Of a DNA stretch of 64,000 nucleotides, positions 1 through 13,705 are shown one piece after another. This DNA is from Nageia nagi (taxonomy: Eukaryota; Plantae; Pinophyta): contig JBITNC010000001.1 of the NCBI GenBank assembly GCA_050084985.1, positions 5,642,001-5,706,000 of the forward strand, read 5' to 3'. The position numbers were made by a program, and so were the translations under genes. The number at the start of each line of letters is the position of its first letter. The first letter of the stretch is position 1. The notes under the pieces were generated by a model. The model had not been told where the DNA came from. It searched no databases and was given only the letters and a program-made list of their open reading frames with translations.

Positions 1-130
1 GATTTGATCTATATGGGCAGTAGTTATGTTTTGAATCATAGCTTCAAGGTCGATATGATGTACGAGTTTGAAATGAAGGATTTGGGGCTGAAGCATTATT
101 TCATTGGCATGGAAGTGCATCAAAACAAAT

Positions 131-2060
131 TGTAAATTTGAGCACACTAAATCATATTATATTGCTTTATTAAATAGAAAGGGAGCTACAAACAGGTACG
201 GAAGTTACATTCTAAAGAAAGAAAAAGGAGTTACATTCCCTTAATAATAGCTACCCTTACAACACTATCAAATATCTTTAACACAAATATTTCTAGCACC
301 TGCCCCCTTAATGAAAAATCCCTAAGATTTTGTCATTACATCAACATTATACTCAACAGCAATGGGCTCATTTGAAGTCTCATACCAGGAACCTTATCAC
401 ATTTGTTTACAACTGTATCAAATCAACATCAATGGTTGGGAACCCACACATCCAACCAATGAAGGTGATCGAGGACCAAGCACATCAGATCACTACTAAC
501 CATGTATGAATGGGGACCAAGCACATCCCATCACACAACCTTGAAAGCACACATCAACTTCATGACAATACCTTCATCATTTTTCACCATAGAGGGGTAC
601 AGACTCACACAAATACTCAAACTCTCCAACACACACAAACAACATGTGTGAATGGGAACAAATATATCCATTCACACTTATTAATATCTCTATACATTTA
701 GAAAGCAATTCTTCCTCATCATCCTCGAATGGAGGATCACTGGTATGTGCTCTAAACATACATTTATCATCATTGACCACCATTGCTTCTTCATCATCAG
801 TGGCAACCAGAGCTTGATTTGGCTTTAGTTTATCATTGAGTAGATCCTTTGCCCGTTGCTTGCAATTCATAATAGTATGCTCTGGCTGTTTACAATAATA
901 GCACACAATTCTAGTAGTAGATCTAGAGGAATATTTCTTGTACCCAAAAAGATATCTTCAAGAGTAACATTTACCTTGTTTTATGTGAACACAATATTGT
1001 CATAGCTAGAGGGAATGCTATTTAATAAAATGGCTTTTGCATCATCATCATCTACCTTAGCTTTTATCCCAGCTAGTTGATTCAACAGGGAACGAAACTT
1101 ACTAATGTGTTGAACAACATTATTGCTTTCCATCATCTTTAGCTCAAATAGCTTGTGATTCAAGACCATCTTTGCATTTGATACTTGTGAACTGAACAAA
1201 GTACTAAAAGCATCTGAGACTTGCTTTGAGGTCTTTGAAAAATCAATATGGTGCAGGTATGCATCTGAAAATCCAAGACCAATTAAAGTTGTTGCCCTTC
1301 GATCTCCTATCATCCACTTTGAGATTTCATCTGCATCAAATGGCTTTCATGTAGTTCCACTCACTACATCCCATAGATCTTTTTCAATAAGAATCAATTG
1401 CAGTTTGATTTGCCAAGTGTGAAAACCATTTCCCTCAAATTTTGGAAGAGTGATAACTTTATCCATACTTCAAAAACATCACAATACACTAATCTCTAAA
1501 AATACACCTTTCACACTATACGGAACAAACTCCTCTTATCCTCAAATTGGATGCTTTGCCAAAGACTTCACCTTGAATGACAACAATCACAACTCCAAAC
1601 AACACATCGTCAAGCTATGTGCACCAACTAACTTACAGACAACTTGAATCACAATCACAAGGTAAATCAACATACACACCAAACAAGCCAACACTCACGA
1701 AAGATGGAAAACCACACGCGTAGTCCAATCTCACTCTTCGCAAAATGAACTCTTCAACACAAATCCTTCTTTCTAAAAGCAAATGACATCACCAGAAAAC
1801 AACCCTACGCTTTGTTCCTCTCACAAATATTACACGAAATGGGCAGTTTCACATGGGGTTTTTCCAACTTCCTTGCTCTGATACCAAATTGTAAATTTGA
1901 GCACACTAAATCATATTGTATTGCTTTATTAAATAGAAAGGGAGTTACAAACATGTATGGAAGTTACATTCTAAAGAAAGAAAAAGGAGTTACATTCCCT
2001 TAATAATAGCTACTCTAACAAAATCACTAACAAATATCTTTAACACAAATATTTCTAACA
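131..2060 (-). mobile_element. Non-autonomous Copia-derived gag-only element (TR-GAG-like), 1.93 kb
   Basis: LTRs 131-298 and 1890-2060 (TG..CA; about 8 substitutions plus a 3-bp indel by eye). Met-tRNA PBS GCTCTGATACCA at 1875-1886 and PPT at 299-310, both on the minus strand. Flanking duplication AAAT (127-130, 2061-2064). Confidence 0.92.
577..1465 (-). pseudogene. Copia gag (UBN2/gag_2-type region plus CCHC zinc knuckle), disrupted
   Basis: ORF 981-1313 (LFELKMMESNNVVQHISKFRSLLNQLAGI..AILLNSIPSSYDNIV) and ORF 577-906 (CYYCKQPEHTIMNC). The N-terminal gag motif (FEGNGFHTWQIKLQLILIEKDLWDVV) is readable at about 1360-1450. Confidence 0.85.
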
Positions 2061-5000
2061 AAATAATGGCACAATATTCATTTGTCAAACCAAGTATGCA
2101 ATTGATATGCTCAAGAAGTATGGATCGAAAAGTTGCAAGTTGATACCTACACATGTTGCTCATGGTGCATTGTTGTGTAAGGATGATGGGACTAAGAAAG
2201 TAAATGTAAAAGAGTTTAGGAGCATAGTTAGGAGCCTTATGTTTCTCACCAACACTAGGATTGATATTGCTTTTGTTGTCTCAATGATTTCAAGGTATAT
2301 GAGTGACCCATCTCTTTTACATTTGAAGGCTGCAAACAGTATTCTGAGGTATGTGAGGGGTACTCTTGATTATGGAATCCATTATTTTCATTTTGAGACA
2401 ATAGAGTTGTTTAGTTTTAGTGATTCTGCTTGGGATAGTAACTTGGATGACCGAAAGGCGACTTCTAGTAATTATTTTTCATTGGAGTCTGGATTGATCA
2501 TGTGGAGCTCCAGAAAGTAGGGATGAATGGCAATCTCTTCTATTGAAACAAAATACATAGCACTCACTTTAGCAAGTGTTCAAGCATTGTGGCTCCGAAA
2601 GGTTTTGGAGGAGATAGGTGAGAACCAAGATAAACCTACTTTATTGTTTTGTGACAACTTTAGTGCCATTCAATTGACACAATAACCAGTCCACCATAGC
2701 AGGTCAAAGCACTTTGATTTGAAATACCACTTCATTCGTGGCATGGTGGAGAAAGGACAAATTAAATTGAGATATTATAGCAACCATGACCAAGTAGCAT
2801 ATGTATTTACAAAAAGCGTCACTAAATCTAAGTTTTTGAAGCTAAGGAACTCACTCGCAAGTCCACTCAACATAAAAGGGGAGTATGTTGGAGATAGACT
2901 TGATCTCATGACATCTATTTTGCCAACGTTAACACTTACACCAACACTCTTGCCAGAGACTCAACATCAATGCTCCTGCCACCACCAATGCTAGAGTTCT
3001 TGTCAAATTGATTCTTGAGGTGTTAATTATAGATTCTTTTGTGATTATAGATTCCATATAACATAAGAATTCTGATTGTAATTGTTCCTTCACGAATCTT
3101 AGGGTTGAGGTAGACATAGGATAGTCATTCATTGTGTTGATTCTAGATTTTTTATTCTTGATGTATTGTATTGAGCTTGTTTAGATTGTAGTTGTTAGTT
3201 TAATACTTCCTCCATTATTGTATCTCAATTTGGGTTGCATTGCCACCATTTGTAAGCTCTTTATTTCAGTTAATATAGTTCATATATTCATCTCCATTGT
3301 TGGTCTTGATTTGGTGAATGATAGTTCCATTTAGTTGCTTCATCTTCATGAATGTTGTTTGAATTTATATTATATAACTCATAGCTAATGAATTTTGGTT
3401 CGAAGTAACAAAGCTAGTGATGAGAAGAATTGTATTGGCAGCTTCACAAATGAAGATACCACCAAGTACAATAGAATGTCATTGTATGATGACTATGATG
3501 CTGACGATGGTATTGAGGAACCATCTAAGCTGACAAGAGATGCTGGCAAGCAGTGACAAAGCTGACCGGATGAAGATGGCACTTGTACTCTAAGGAATAG
3601 CTACAGCTTGAACTGGCTTACATTGTGAGCATCATAGATGCAAAGCTATGCGGGAAGATCTAACATTCAAGCGTGGACCCAATTGCTTGAAAAGTTATAT
3701 AAGGTTCAATTTCTTATGTTTGATTTGATACGCTTGCTTCTCCTAGTGAAGTCAAACATAATTGTCCAACATGGAAAGAATGAGGTTTTAAATGCTCATA
3801 ATGAAGAGCCTTATATTTTTGCCCAAGTACTAATCAATTTCCAGAATTTTCAAGAAACTATCTTTAATCCTTTTGTTGGAGAAGAGAAACTAGAATCTTC
3901 TATGGCACCAAAGCTTCAAATCCATAAAACACAAAGGAGAATGCGTTGTAGAAACATGGGTTGATTGGATGTAGCTATGATGAATGATATGCACATAGTC
4001 ATCCCATTGCTTATTCTACCAACAATAAAGAGACAAAATAAGATGTGGTTAATAGTCTTAGTTCAGCCATCAGCATGTGGATAAAAGAAGGTAGAAATAA
4101 ATGCAATTGACAACCCTGAAGTTAACACCACCACTATCAAGAGTGAAACAGAACGAACAAAGTCCTGATTGGAAGTTGGTATTCCAAAATTACTTCAAGC
4201 ACACTAGAAGAACAAGTCAGCAGCCTGAATAGCATCATCTACCTTGGGTGCATGGTATATAGATTGTTAATTTGGGGAACTGGTTGATACTGATTGATAT
4301 GCTAAAGTTGGCTACTACACGTCAAATCCATGAACCAAATGTGTTGTAAAGTATGAACATCCATCAAGAAGGAAGCTCACAAAAAATGTGTGCACATATA
4401 TAGATATGAGCATTCATCCAAGAGAAAGACAAAATATGAGATCAATAAAATTAATAGTTTGTGTTGATAGAAGTGGGTACTACAAGTCTCTTTGTAGAGA
4501 TGTCTAGCAAGTTATCTTTATGTGATAGACATCTTCCATTGTAAACTCTATGTAGTGAATTTGAAGTGATGCTTCTCCACCTGCTAAGTGTAATACAACC
4601 AAAGTCTAGCTTGACCACCATTGATGACTAAAATGCGAGCACACTCCCAAGCCAAAAAAGGGTAGCACCATGGTTGTTCTTGCCACAATGGCTACTAGGA
4701 TTCAAGTTCCAACACTTGCTTTCCCACGACCTTTCCTTTAGGAATGTACGCATATATACCCAAGACCAACATTCATGGGTCTTTGTCTAACCTCAAGAAG
4801 TTTCTTGATGCCTTGAGAGACCTCCAAACCTTGACCCTCTTGATAGGCTATCTTCTTCATGAATTGAAAACCAATCCCTTGCTCAATTGACTTTGATTGA
4901 TTTGTAATCACCAAAAGCATGTGGCTTACTTGGATCCGCAAACATAGATTTTACAAATTATTTTTTTTCTATACTATGCCCTTAATACTTCAAATGCAAT

Positions 5001-6245
5001 GATTGTTCCATAATAACAACATGAAAACAATATTTTCACTACATAGAAATGCAAAATAAGAATATAGAAATATGTAGCTAGATTCAAGAGCATTCATATA
5101 TTATTATTGCATAAGAAAATACATTACAACCAAGAATTTTTTTTTTTTGCACTTCCCAAGGCTTGTATCTTTTCTTACACAACATAATCCACTCTCCTAA
5201 TTTCTACAATGAACAAAATTCATTTTTCCTTTTGGCTAATCTTTTCTAACCTCTAAATATTACAAGAAATAGGTTTATATAACGTCTTGGCGACATTCTA
5301 GATAGAAAACCAAAGCCTTTTGGCTTTTCAATGGCTTCAATAACACCCAAACTGCTTCAACTTCCCGCGAGCTTGTTTTGGACGACCAACGTTGGCGCTA
5401 AGGTTTTTACATGGAAATTTGAACAAAAAGCAATAAAAAACTATTACAGTCATATTTAAGCTCAAATTCCAAAACTAAAGTTGTAACTCCAAAGGATCCT
5501 TAGCGTTGGCACTCAACCCAACGTCAACGTTATCGAATAGTGTATTTCTTCAAGTAACAGTTGAATCGAGCTCCCCATGTAAGGTCTTAAGGTCGGATCA
5601 ACACATCAGGAACCGATTCACGAAATAGATTATGCTAGATAAACTCTAGGACTATCCTTGTTGATGCTAACACCTCTCTCACAATCCACTAAAGTACTGA
5701 AACCTAATTATGAAAGAATCCCAACGTTGGTGCTACCAATAGCAATGATGTTGAATCCCTTTATTCTTTATTGATCCATTTTTTAATCACACCTCCCCAA
5801 TGAGAACACATTTGGTCTCCAAATGCTTAAAACATATAAGGATGAGGAACATAAGTTCCCCAAGGAAATCCATACCATTCTTATCCTCTTGTCAGATGTG
5901 TTGTAATCATCCAAGGATTCCATGGCATAAATCCCCCAATAGGTATGAATAGGTAGTAAGGCTTTGCATTCCTCTACACTCCACTCCACTTCTTGGTTGC
6001 TTCTTCTTCTTGCAATGAAACACTTTCTTCTTGTTCTTCTTGGCTTGTCTTTCCAAATTCTGATCACGTTGTGGTTGAATTGTTGGTTGCTTGTCCTCTT
6101 GGTGCTTAATTGTCATAAGTGTTAGTTTTCTAGAAGGATTACTGATATTCTTCACTTTTCCCATTGCAGCAACGAGATTTGTTGTTTTATTCACACAAGA
6201 CCTTACAACAAATTTCCTATTATCTTTTACAAGACAATACTTATT

Positions 6246-7669
6246 CTACTTCCTATAATATATAACATCCTTATCAAATAAAGGACTTACCAACACTATA
6301 CCAATAACATCAACTAGTACAACATCAAATACAACCTCATCAATGAATTCAACATTAATGGCAAACTTCAACTTGCATTGGTGTGTGACTCGCATCTTTG
6401 TCATATTGTTCACCCACCCAAGTGGATAAGGATGTGAATGAGGATGAGTCTCCAGTCCTAACTTCTTCACCAAGTCCTTTGAAATCATATTCACTTGAGA
6501 ACCAGGATCAACAAGTGCATCAATCTTGATCTTCTTTGCTTGAACCTTGATGTAAAACAATTGCATCATCCTCTCCTCTTCTTCACCTTTTGACAATAAG
6601 CCATTCAAAACCATGCAATTAAGTGTTTCATCAACTTTAGAAGCATCTTTTACCTCAGACACTTTTTATTCCTCCCGCGTTGGCACTGCCCGTAGCGTTG
6701 ACATTGTCTTTTTCTCAAGTTTCTCCTTAAACCACTTCGGTCTAAGTTTTGTATGTGTATACCAACACTTATCTTCCTCGTGCCCTTCTTTCTTGCAATT
6801 TGAGCACTAAGTCTTCTTATCATCTTTCTTTGTTGTGGCATTGATCTTGTCCTCTTGTAGCTTCTTCTTGGAGTCTTTGTCCTCACTTTTGGTCTTCCAC
6901 TAAACCTCCAAGTGTTGTGCTTGAACACAAACTTGATCCAAATATGAAGAATTAAAAAGCAATAATGTATATTGAAGTTAACTATGCAAACCTCCAATAT
7001 ATTTGAGAATAATATCTTAGTGTTTCAAGGAAACCCCAATCAATCCAACCCTCTTTTTGAATTCAGTTTTGTACTTTTGGACACTTTGGCCCTTCTCTTG
7101 CCTAAAATGAAGCTATTTCATTTTCTTCTTTTGTTGATGGCCAAGAGGATAGAATTGACCTTGCAATAGCTCTTTGAAACTCCTCCAACTTGTACTAGAG
7201 AATTCCTCACCAATCTTGACAGCATAGTTTGCTTTCCACCATACCAAAGCATGTCCTTCAAGTTTGAGTGCAGCAATCTCAATCTTTTGTTTTTCATCTT
7301 CAACCTTTTGCAATCTAAAAATACCTCCAGTTGCTATAACCATTGGTTCAACTTTTCAACATCAATCTCTCCTCCAAATAATTTGAGATCAAACTTCACT
7401 TCCAACTTCAAAGGCAACTTCCTAGCTTGATGTGAGTTCTCTCCACTACCAGATTCCCCTCTTGCATTAAAAATTTGGGTCTTTAATCCATTAAACTCTC
7501 TGCTCATTCCTTGAAGTGCTTCTTCCAAACCCTCAATCTTCCTCTTCAACCCATCATTCTCAATGGGAATCTCCTTCTTCAACCAAATTCTAGAACCAAT
7601 ATCAAGGTCAGCCTTAAGCAAACCACCTTTATTTCTTGATCTGATTATAGACATACAAAATAACCACAA
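6246..7669 (-). pseudogene. Gypsy gag, zinc knuckle and aspartic protease, frameshifted; no RT/RNase H/integrase
   Basis: KLFGGEIDVEKLNQWL; KIEIAALKLEGHALVWW..WRSFKELLQGQFYP; CSNCKKEGHEEDKC at about 6765-6810; ALVDPGSQVNMISKDLVKKLGLETHPHSHPYPLGWV (CRM-type protease signature). Confidence 0.88.
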
Positions 7670-9420
7670 CTCTACAACAAATTAATAAATGTCCAACAAT
7701 AATCTCAACCAACTTTGATACCACATGATCTATAATCATCGAAAGCCTATGGCTTACTTGGATCCTCAAATACAGATTTTACAAGTTATCTTTTTTCTAT
7801 ACTCTGCCCTTAACACTTCAAATGCAATGGTTCTTCCATGAAAACAATATTTTCACTACATAGAAATGCAAAATAAGAACACAGAAATATGTAGCCAAAT
7901 TCAAGAGCATTCAAATCTTATTATTGCATAAGAAAATACATTAGAACCAAGGATGGCTCTGTTTTGCACTTCCCAAGGCCTGTATCTTTTTCTACACAAC
8001 ATAATCCACTCTCCTAACTTCTACAATGAACAAAATTCATTTCTCCTTTTGGCTAGTCTTTTCTAACCTCTGACTCTTACAAGGAATAGATTTATATAAC
8101 ATCTTGGGGGCTTTCTAGACAAAAAACCGAAGCCTCTTGGCTTTCCAACAACCTCCATAAAACCCAAGAAAAATTAGTAACACCCAAACTACTTCAACTA
8201 CCAGCAAGCCTATTCTGGACAACCAATGTTGACGCTAAGGTGTTTACATGGAAATTTGAACAAAAAGCAACAAACAACTATTACAATCATATTTAAGCTC
8301 AAATTCTAAAAATGAAGTCGTAACTCCAAGGTATCCTCGACGTTGGCACTCAACCCAACATTAACGTTGTCGAATAATGTATTTCTCCGAGCTCCCTAGA
8401 TCAAGTCTTGAGGTGGGTCAACAGGTCAAGAACCAATTCACGGAACAGAACATGTCAAATCAACTCTACAAATATCCGTCTTGATGCTAACAACTCTCTC
8501 CACAATCCACTGAAGTACTTGTTGGGGTGTTTTTCTTTCCTACCCTAGAGTAGTGAGAAAAACTCCAACACCTCAAGTGAAGGGACGTTACTCCCTCCTG
8601 CTATGGGGCCTGGTTACCCCAAAGGTTAGCTCCACGAGTTGGCGAAGATAACTCAGGGACTGGTTGAGATGTTTGAAGCTGCCACCAATATGAATATCAT
8701 GTGTGGATTCAAGGGACTCTTGAGTTCTGCACATGTGCTTCAACTAGGTTGTTTTCAAAAAATGCTAAGGGAAATAAGGGGTGCGAAAACCACGAAAAGA
8801 AAGTGTAAAATAAAAAAAATAAAAAAATAGTAGAAAAACCGTAGGTAGTAAAATGCAACTACAAGCATGCAAACTCACGAGCTTGGGATAATGTCCTCAA
8901 AAGTCGACTTGTTGGGTCTCAATGTAAGTTCCAAGCACCCTCTATCCATCCCACTAGCCAACAACACGAATGGTCTAGTGGAAGGAGCGTGAAGCTGTGG
9001 CAAGGATGAAATAGGATGGGATGGAGGTAAGCCTCAATGATCCGGGTGAAGTTCCTACCGTGAGCAACATCAACAAGACATTCTGAGGTATCCAAGCCTA
9101 AAATTGCAAATGACAAAATACCACAAACAAGATGCTAATCAACCACTTCACAAGATTTCCAAGCATTCTCTTATCCACTCCAAATGAAATTTACAAGATG
9201 CATCAAGTGATTAAAATCAACACAGAGCAATACTAGAACAAAATAGATAGCACAATCATTCATTCATTTAGATTTGACATTACAACATGAGAAGCATCTA
9301 ATCATAATTGCATTCACATACACCACATTTAACAAGTTTAAAGAATTTTTGTGATGCAAACAAAAGTTCTTTCCAATTGTTAAAAATGTCAATCCCCCCT
9401 TTACAAATGAATCAAAATGG

Positions 9421-9430
9421 ATATAAATAG
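9421..9430 (-). promoter_or_regulatory. Putative canonical LTR TATA box
   Basis: The minus strand reads CTATTTATAT followed by CATTTTGATTCATTTGTAAA, about 900 bp from the LTR 3' end. Confidence 0.45.
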
Positions 9431-9650
9431 TTTGTGAGCAACGGACAATGTTGCCCTAACCATAATTACGAATTCCAAGAAACCAAAATTTGGTCCAATA
9501 AAAAGATACCACATGGCATTACAAGATTCCTTCCAAACTGGTGGGAGCAAATCCTCATTCATCACAAGTTTGGGAATAAAATAATATTATAAAGTATTTT
9601 GCTAAGAATAAATAAGATTTTCTGAAATTAAATAAAACTAAAAATAATGG

Positions 9651-12367
9651 CTAGGGCAATGGTGGGCCCAAGGCCACAACTTGCTCCTCGAAATCCTCAC
9701 CTAAGAAATTCGCCGTAAGCTCCAACTCATGCAACATCTCTAAAAACTTGGGCTTGTTTGCAACTGCACAGCATCCAACCTCACCAATCAACTTCTACAT
9801 CTCGCTCTTCCATCTGTGGGCTCTCAACATGTGTCTAAGGTGACTCCTAGATTGTTAGGTATTCACAACTTCGATCATGAACAAGTTGTGGAGAAGATCC
9901 TTGACCTTTGTCGCTACTATATCTGCCTCCTTGATGGTGGTGTCACCCTCTAGAAACTTCACCTGGAAGTCCATTTGTTCAAAGCTTGTGTTAACCTTGT
10001 CATTGATCATAGTCACCTCTTTCTTGACCTCTTGGAAGCGAGTAACTATTTGATTGATCACCACTAAGTAGAACCAGTAATCTTCACATAACATCTTCAA
10101 ACCTTTGAGCCTATGCCATCTCAAACCGCACTATCATAGGCTTCTAGGACTCCAAAATCCTGAGGAGTCTAACCCTTTCAATCACAATGTCTTTCAACTT
10201 TCGCTCCTCGAATGAGACTCTTTTTTAGGCACCAATAAACTGCTCCACCACTATCAGAACCTCATTGATCACTTCTTGCTTTATTGCAATCATGCCCTCC
10301 TTGAGAGGCTTTACCCTTCAGAGTTCCTTTGGTGGTACTCTAGCAAACTCAATCTCTCGAGTCAATCTCCTCTGGGCGGCTAACTACTTGAGGCTCTTTA
10401 TTTCTTTCTCCTTCAGCAACCCATCTTTGGCAATTGCCTCTATATTGGAAATGATTTTGTGCTTCCTTCCAACCACACCAATAAGACCTGTGTTAATGAT
10501 TTGGTTTATCTGCTTGAGGTCTCGAGGACGTTAACGGTTGTCCTTGTCAACAATTATGGTCTTGATGTTGACCGCATTATCAATCATGTGCACATAAGTC
10601 TAACTCTTCCTTGGACAAGTGGAGCTCTCTCCAACTTGATCATTGACTTCTCTCTATGGTGGCAACAGATCCTTCTCTTTGTTCCTGACACGCCTCATCA
10701 TCTTGTCAGTGGCCACATGTTCCAGCTCTCTCATGTCATGCTCATCCATGATGTTTCTAACTTACTACGCAATCTACTCAATTGGATTCTTGTCGTGCAT
10801 GGAGGCATACTAGCCAACAGGCTCCTCAATCGTTGGGGGAAACTAGGTGACTCTAGGCGTGGATTCTTGTGGTCTTCTCCCTCTTGATTGTGATAACCTC
10901 TTGCCAATGGTGGCCCCCACGATCTGATGTTGTTTTTGAGTGTCCCGTGCATCTTGGCATGGATTTTCTTCATCTCCACCTCATTACTTATGTTCTTGAA
11001 AGGCTCCTCCTCTCTACGTAGCTTATGTTCATAACCTCTCTTTCTCTCCATGTAGAAGTTGTGGATTATGTGCTCAAGATCATAGTAGCTTACGGCGAGC
11101 ATCTTTTTGAAATTGAATTTCCCCAACTCCTCTCTCATGGAATCAACTTCCGCCCAAGCTCTACAGTAATATTCTCCAACTATGATTGGCAAATTTGAGG
11201 TGGCCAATTTCTTTTGCTAGACATGCTCATGCAAGTGGGTCAACTGCCTCATCATTTCCATCAAGAGCAATGTGTTGCTCACATATCTGGGTAGTTGATA
11301 TGCCTCTACGGCTAACCCATAAATTCGAATGTAGGAATAGTGTTGGTGATGGACGAAGAAGTCCCATGCTTCTTCAATGCATCTTGGGCTCAATTTGAGA
11401 TCCTAGCAACCGTGATCTCTCCCTTGAGCTATTTATAGATCTCGCACTCCCATCCATCATTCTTCATGGTGAAACTATCCCATCTTCTTTCAACTTTCCA
11501 CTTAGGATAGCACTTCCAAACAACATGTGTTCCCTTTTGAATCCAGTTTGCTTCCCCTAGAGCCATAGGCCTATACTTGCCATGGAGCAACAAGTACACC
11601 AAGTAAGAGTTGAGATAGAACTTTCTTGTGGTCCTCAAAGATGACGGTCTACAATGGTATCGCTCAACACCTTGCTCCACTTGTTCTTTTTCCCTCTAGT
11701 GATCTCTATGATGAAGCCAAAGAACTCCTTCCTGAATTTGGATCAATCTTCTTTACCCAGGACTCTTGAGAACATTAGAATCATCAACTCCACAGAAGGG
11801 TAGAAGTTGGAGCGAGGGGCGTTGATGAGGGCATTCCCCTTTAGACCATGATGCTCATCCAACATCTCGTTCCTAATGGCCACGGCAGCCATGTTTGTGT
11901 CCTAATAGCATGCAAGTGACTCTGCTTCAGTATATTCAAAGTTTGCCTCCGAAGTCCACTAGAATGTTGTTCTGATGGCTTCAAGGCTGAAGTGCATGAT
12001 GATGTTTCCCTTGATGTCTCAAAGCACCCTCTCTCCCTTTTGCCAATGCTAGCTAACTTCTAGGCACAATTCTGGGAAAGGGGCTGTGAAGTGTGAACGA
12101 GACAAAGGCACAATTAGAAAGCCCGAAGAAGAAAACAAGGTCTTGTTTCAGGTCACTGATTTGCATAACCTATATCCTATCCCTCATCTACAGGGGGCCT
12201 ACCTTTTGCCAGTCTGTGTCTCCAATTGTGGCAAACCCATTTTTAGAGAACTTGGCCCCTTGGGGTAAGGGTTCTTTCCTCTTGCAGATGGTAATGATGC
12301 AATCTTGCCTTAGTGTTTCTAGGTCCCTTGCAAAGTCTTTGGTCGAACTGCTCTTCGAGGTGGTCAT
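9651..12367 (-). pseudogene. Decayed accessory ORF of about 900 codons inside the solo LTR (plant-transposon-protein-like N-terminal half, coiled-coil C-terminus)
   Basis: Collinear minus-strand fragments 12188-12397, 11429-11680, 10731-11207 and 9855-10124 join by read-through: MTTSKSSSTKDF..IGDTDWQK..PFPELCLE..MFSRVLGKED..FFGFIIEI..KWSKVLSD..TRKFYLNSYLVYLLL..ALGPPLP*. Many stops look like deamination products (TAG/TGA). Confidence 0.7.
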
Positions 12368-12587
12368 GATGCTCAAGTTAATAATGAAGGATCTCAAAGG
12401 TGATGCGTTGGCCTCCCAAGGATGCTATGACTCCCCGTTGCCTTGCTTGGCCTCCTAATTCCTTGTGCAAGCCTAACCAAGTGGTGTGACGGATTCCGGA
12501 ACCCAAATTTTGTCTTATACCTTAGAATTTGGTGCAAGAGCTAAAGAGGAGACAAATTTGAATTTGAGAAAAATGAGCCTTTGGGCT

Positions 12588-12600
12588 TCTATTTATAGGC
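12588..12600 (-). promoter_or_regulatory. Putative TATA box of the LTR-internal ORF
   Basis: The minus strand reads GCCTATAAATAG, about 220 bp upstream of the ATG at 12367. Confidence 0.55.
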
Positions 12601-12743
12601 AAATTCAAGTCTCCAAGAAACCCTAGTCGGTCATGCACAAGGAGGAATTGATCTTGGCCGACCTCGCAATGCATGCATGCCCAAACTTCCATGCTTGGCT
12701 ATCGAAAATTGGACGTGGGGAGTCTGGGGCTCGTCTAGGGCTA

Positions 12744-13705
12744 GCGCATGCCTAGAAAAGACAAGATTTTGTCTTTCTAGAGCGCATATGCGCTCACCCT
12801 AAGGATGCATGCTCTTTGTGTGCTAGCTCTCCTTGCTCCACACTCGTCCGTTTTGATCCTTCATGCTCATGATGAGACCTGAACTTGTCCGATTTTACCC
12901 TTCCTAGTGTTCGAGCTTGCCAAATTTGCCCAACGTACTCAACCAGAAAACCCCCAAGTTGAGACCATGTCTCAAAAAGGCAAGATTTTGTCTTTTCGAA
13001 ACGTGCACCCAACTCTCCAACTCCCCCAGTTTGGGTGCATGTCCCAAAAAGACAAGATTTTGTCTTTCTAAGACATGCGTTGGGTTGTGGATGCCCAAAT
13101 TGACTAAGTTTCAACTTTCTGCTCTCAAGGCTTGGCCAAATTTTCATGTTCTTCCCATCCTGATGTCTCCTTGGGCCTAGCAATGCTCCCAAAAGTCAAG
13201 ATCTTGTCTTTTCAAACCATGCACTAGCCCTTCCGGTCCTATTGAAGCTGCATTCGGGCTTTGAGGCTCCATGCCTTAGCCAAATTTCATCTTTAGATCA
13301 AACTAGATACCCTCTTGCCCTAAGCGCATGCCTCAAAAAGACAAAATCTTTTTGAGGCATGCGCTAGCCTCCTGGGTGGATATACTTAACTTTCTCGATC
13401 TTCAAACTTGTCCAAGCGACCTCTCTCAACTTGAGCGCATGCTCCCAAAAGACAAGATTTTGTCTTTTTGAGGCATGCCCTCGCCAAGCTTGGAATCCTT
13501 CTTGCTTGCCTTCTCCATCTTCCATTCCGATCCAAGCGCCTCCCAGACCCAAACGTATGTCCCAAAAAGACAACATTTTGTCTTTTTAAGGCATGCGCTA
13601 GGCCTAGAAGTGGCCCAGTTTGCCTTTCCAAACTTAGATTCCAACTTGGATGACTCCCTAGTCCGAGCGCACATCCCAAAAAGACAAGATTTTGTCTTTT
13701 TGAGC
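12744..13705. repeat. Array of 8 palindromic repeats of about 45 bp with unique spacers
   Basis: Consensus GCGCATGyCyCAAAAAGACAAGATTTTGTCTTTTTGAGGCATGCGC at about 12744, 12966, 13035, 13183, 13324, 13435, 13554 and 13667. Confidence 0.92.

Larger units (their letters stand above)
1..3410 (+). mobile_element. Ty1/Copia retrotransposon, 3' part (RT-RNase H pseudogene, PPT, 3' LTR), interrupted at 131-2060
   Basis: 1-129 reads DLIYMGSS..FEMKDLGLKHYFIGMEVHQ and resumes after 2060 as NGTIFICQTKYAIDMLKK..LTNTRIDIAFVV..SDSAW, then HFDLKYHFIR..DQVAYVFTK (RT/RNase H). PPT AAAAGGGGAG at about 2874-2883. The LTR starts TGTTGG at 2886; its end near GTAACA 3410 is approximate. Confidence 0.9.

Noticed and set aside
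4738-4941. Host G-patch protein gene
   Set aside because: The ORF start lies inside an LTR, the true frame is split by an insertion, and the context is a TE.
12744-13705. CRISPR array
   Set aside because: Eukaryotic LTR context, no cas genes, and spacer lengths far too variable. Kept as a palindromic repeat array.
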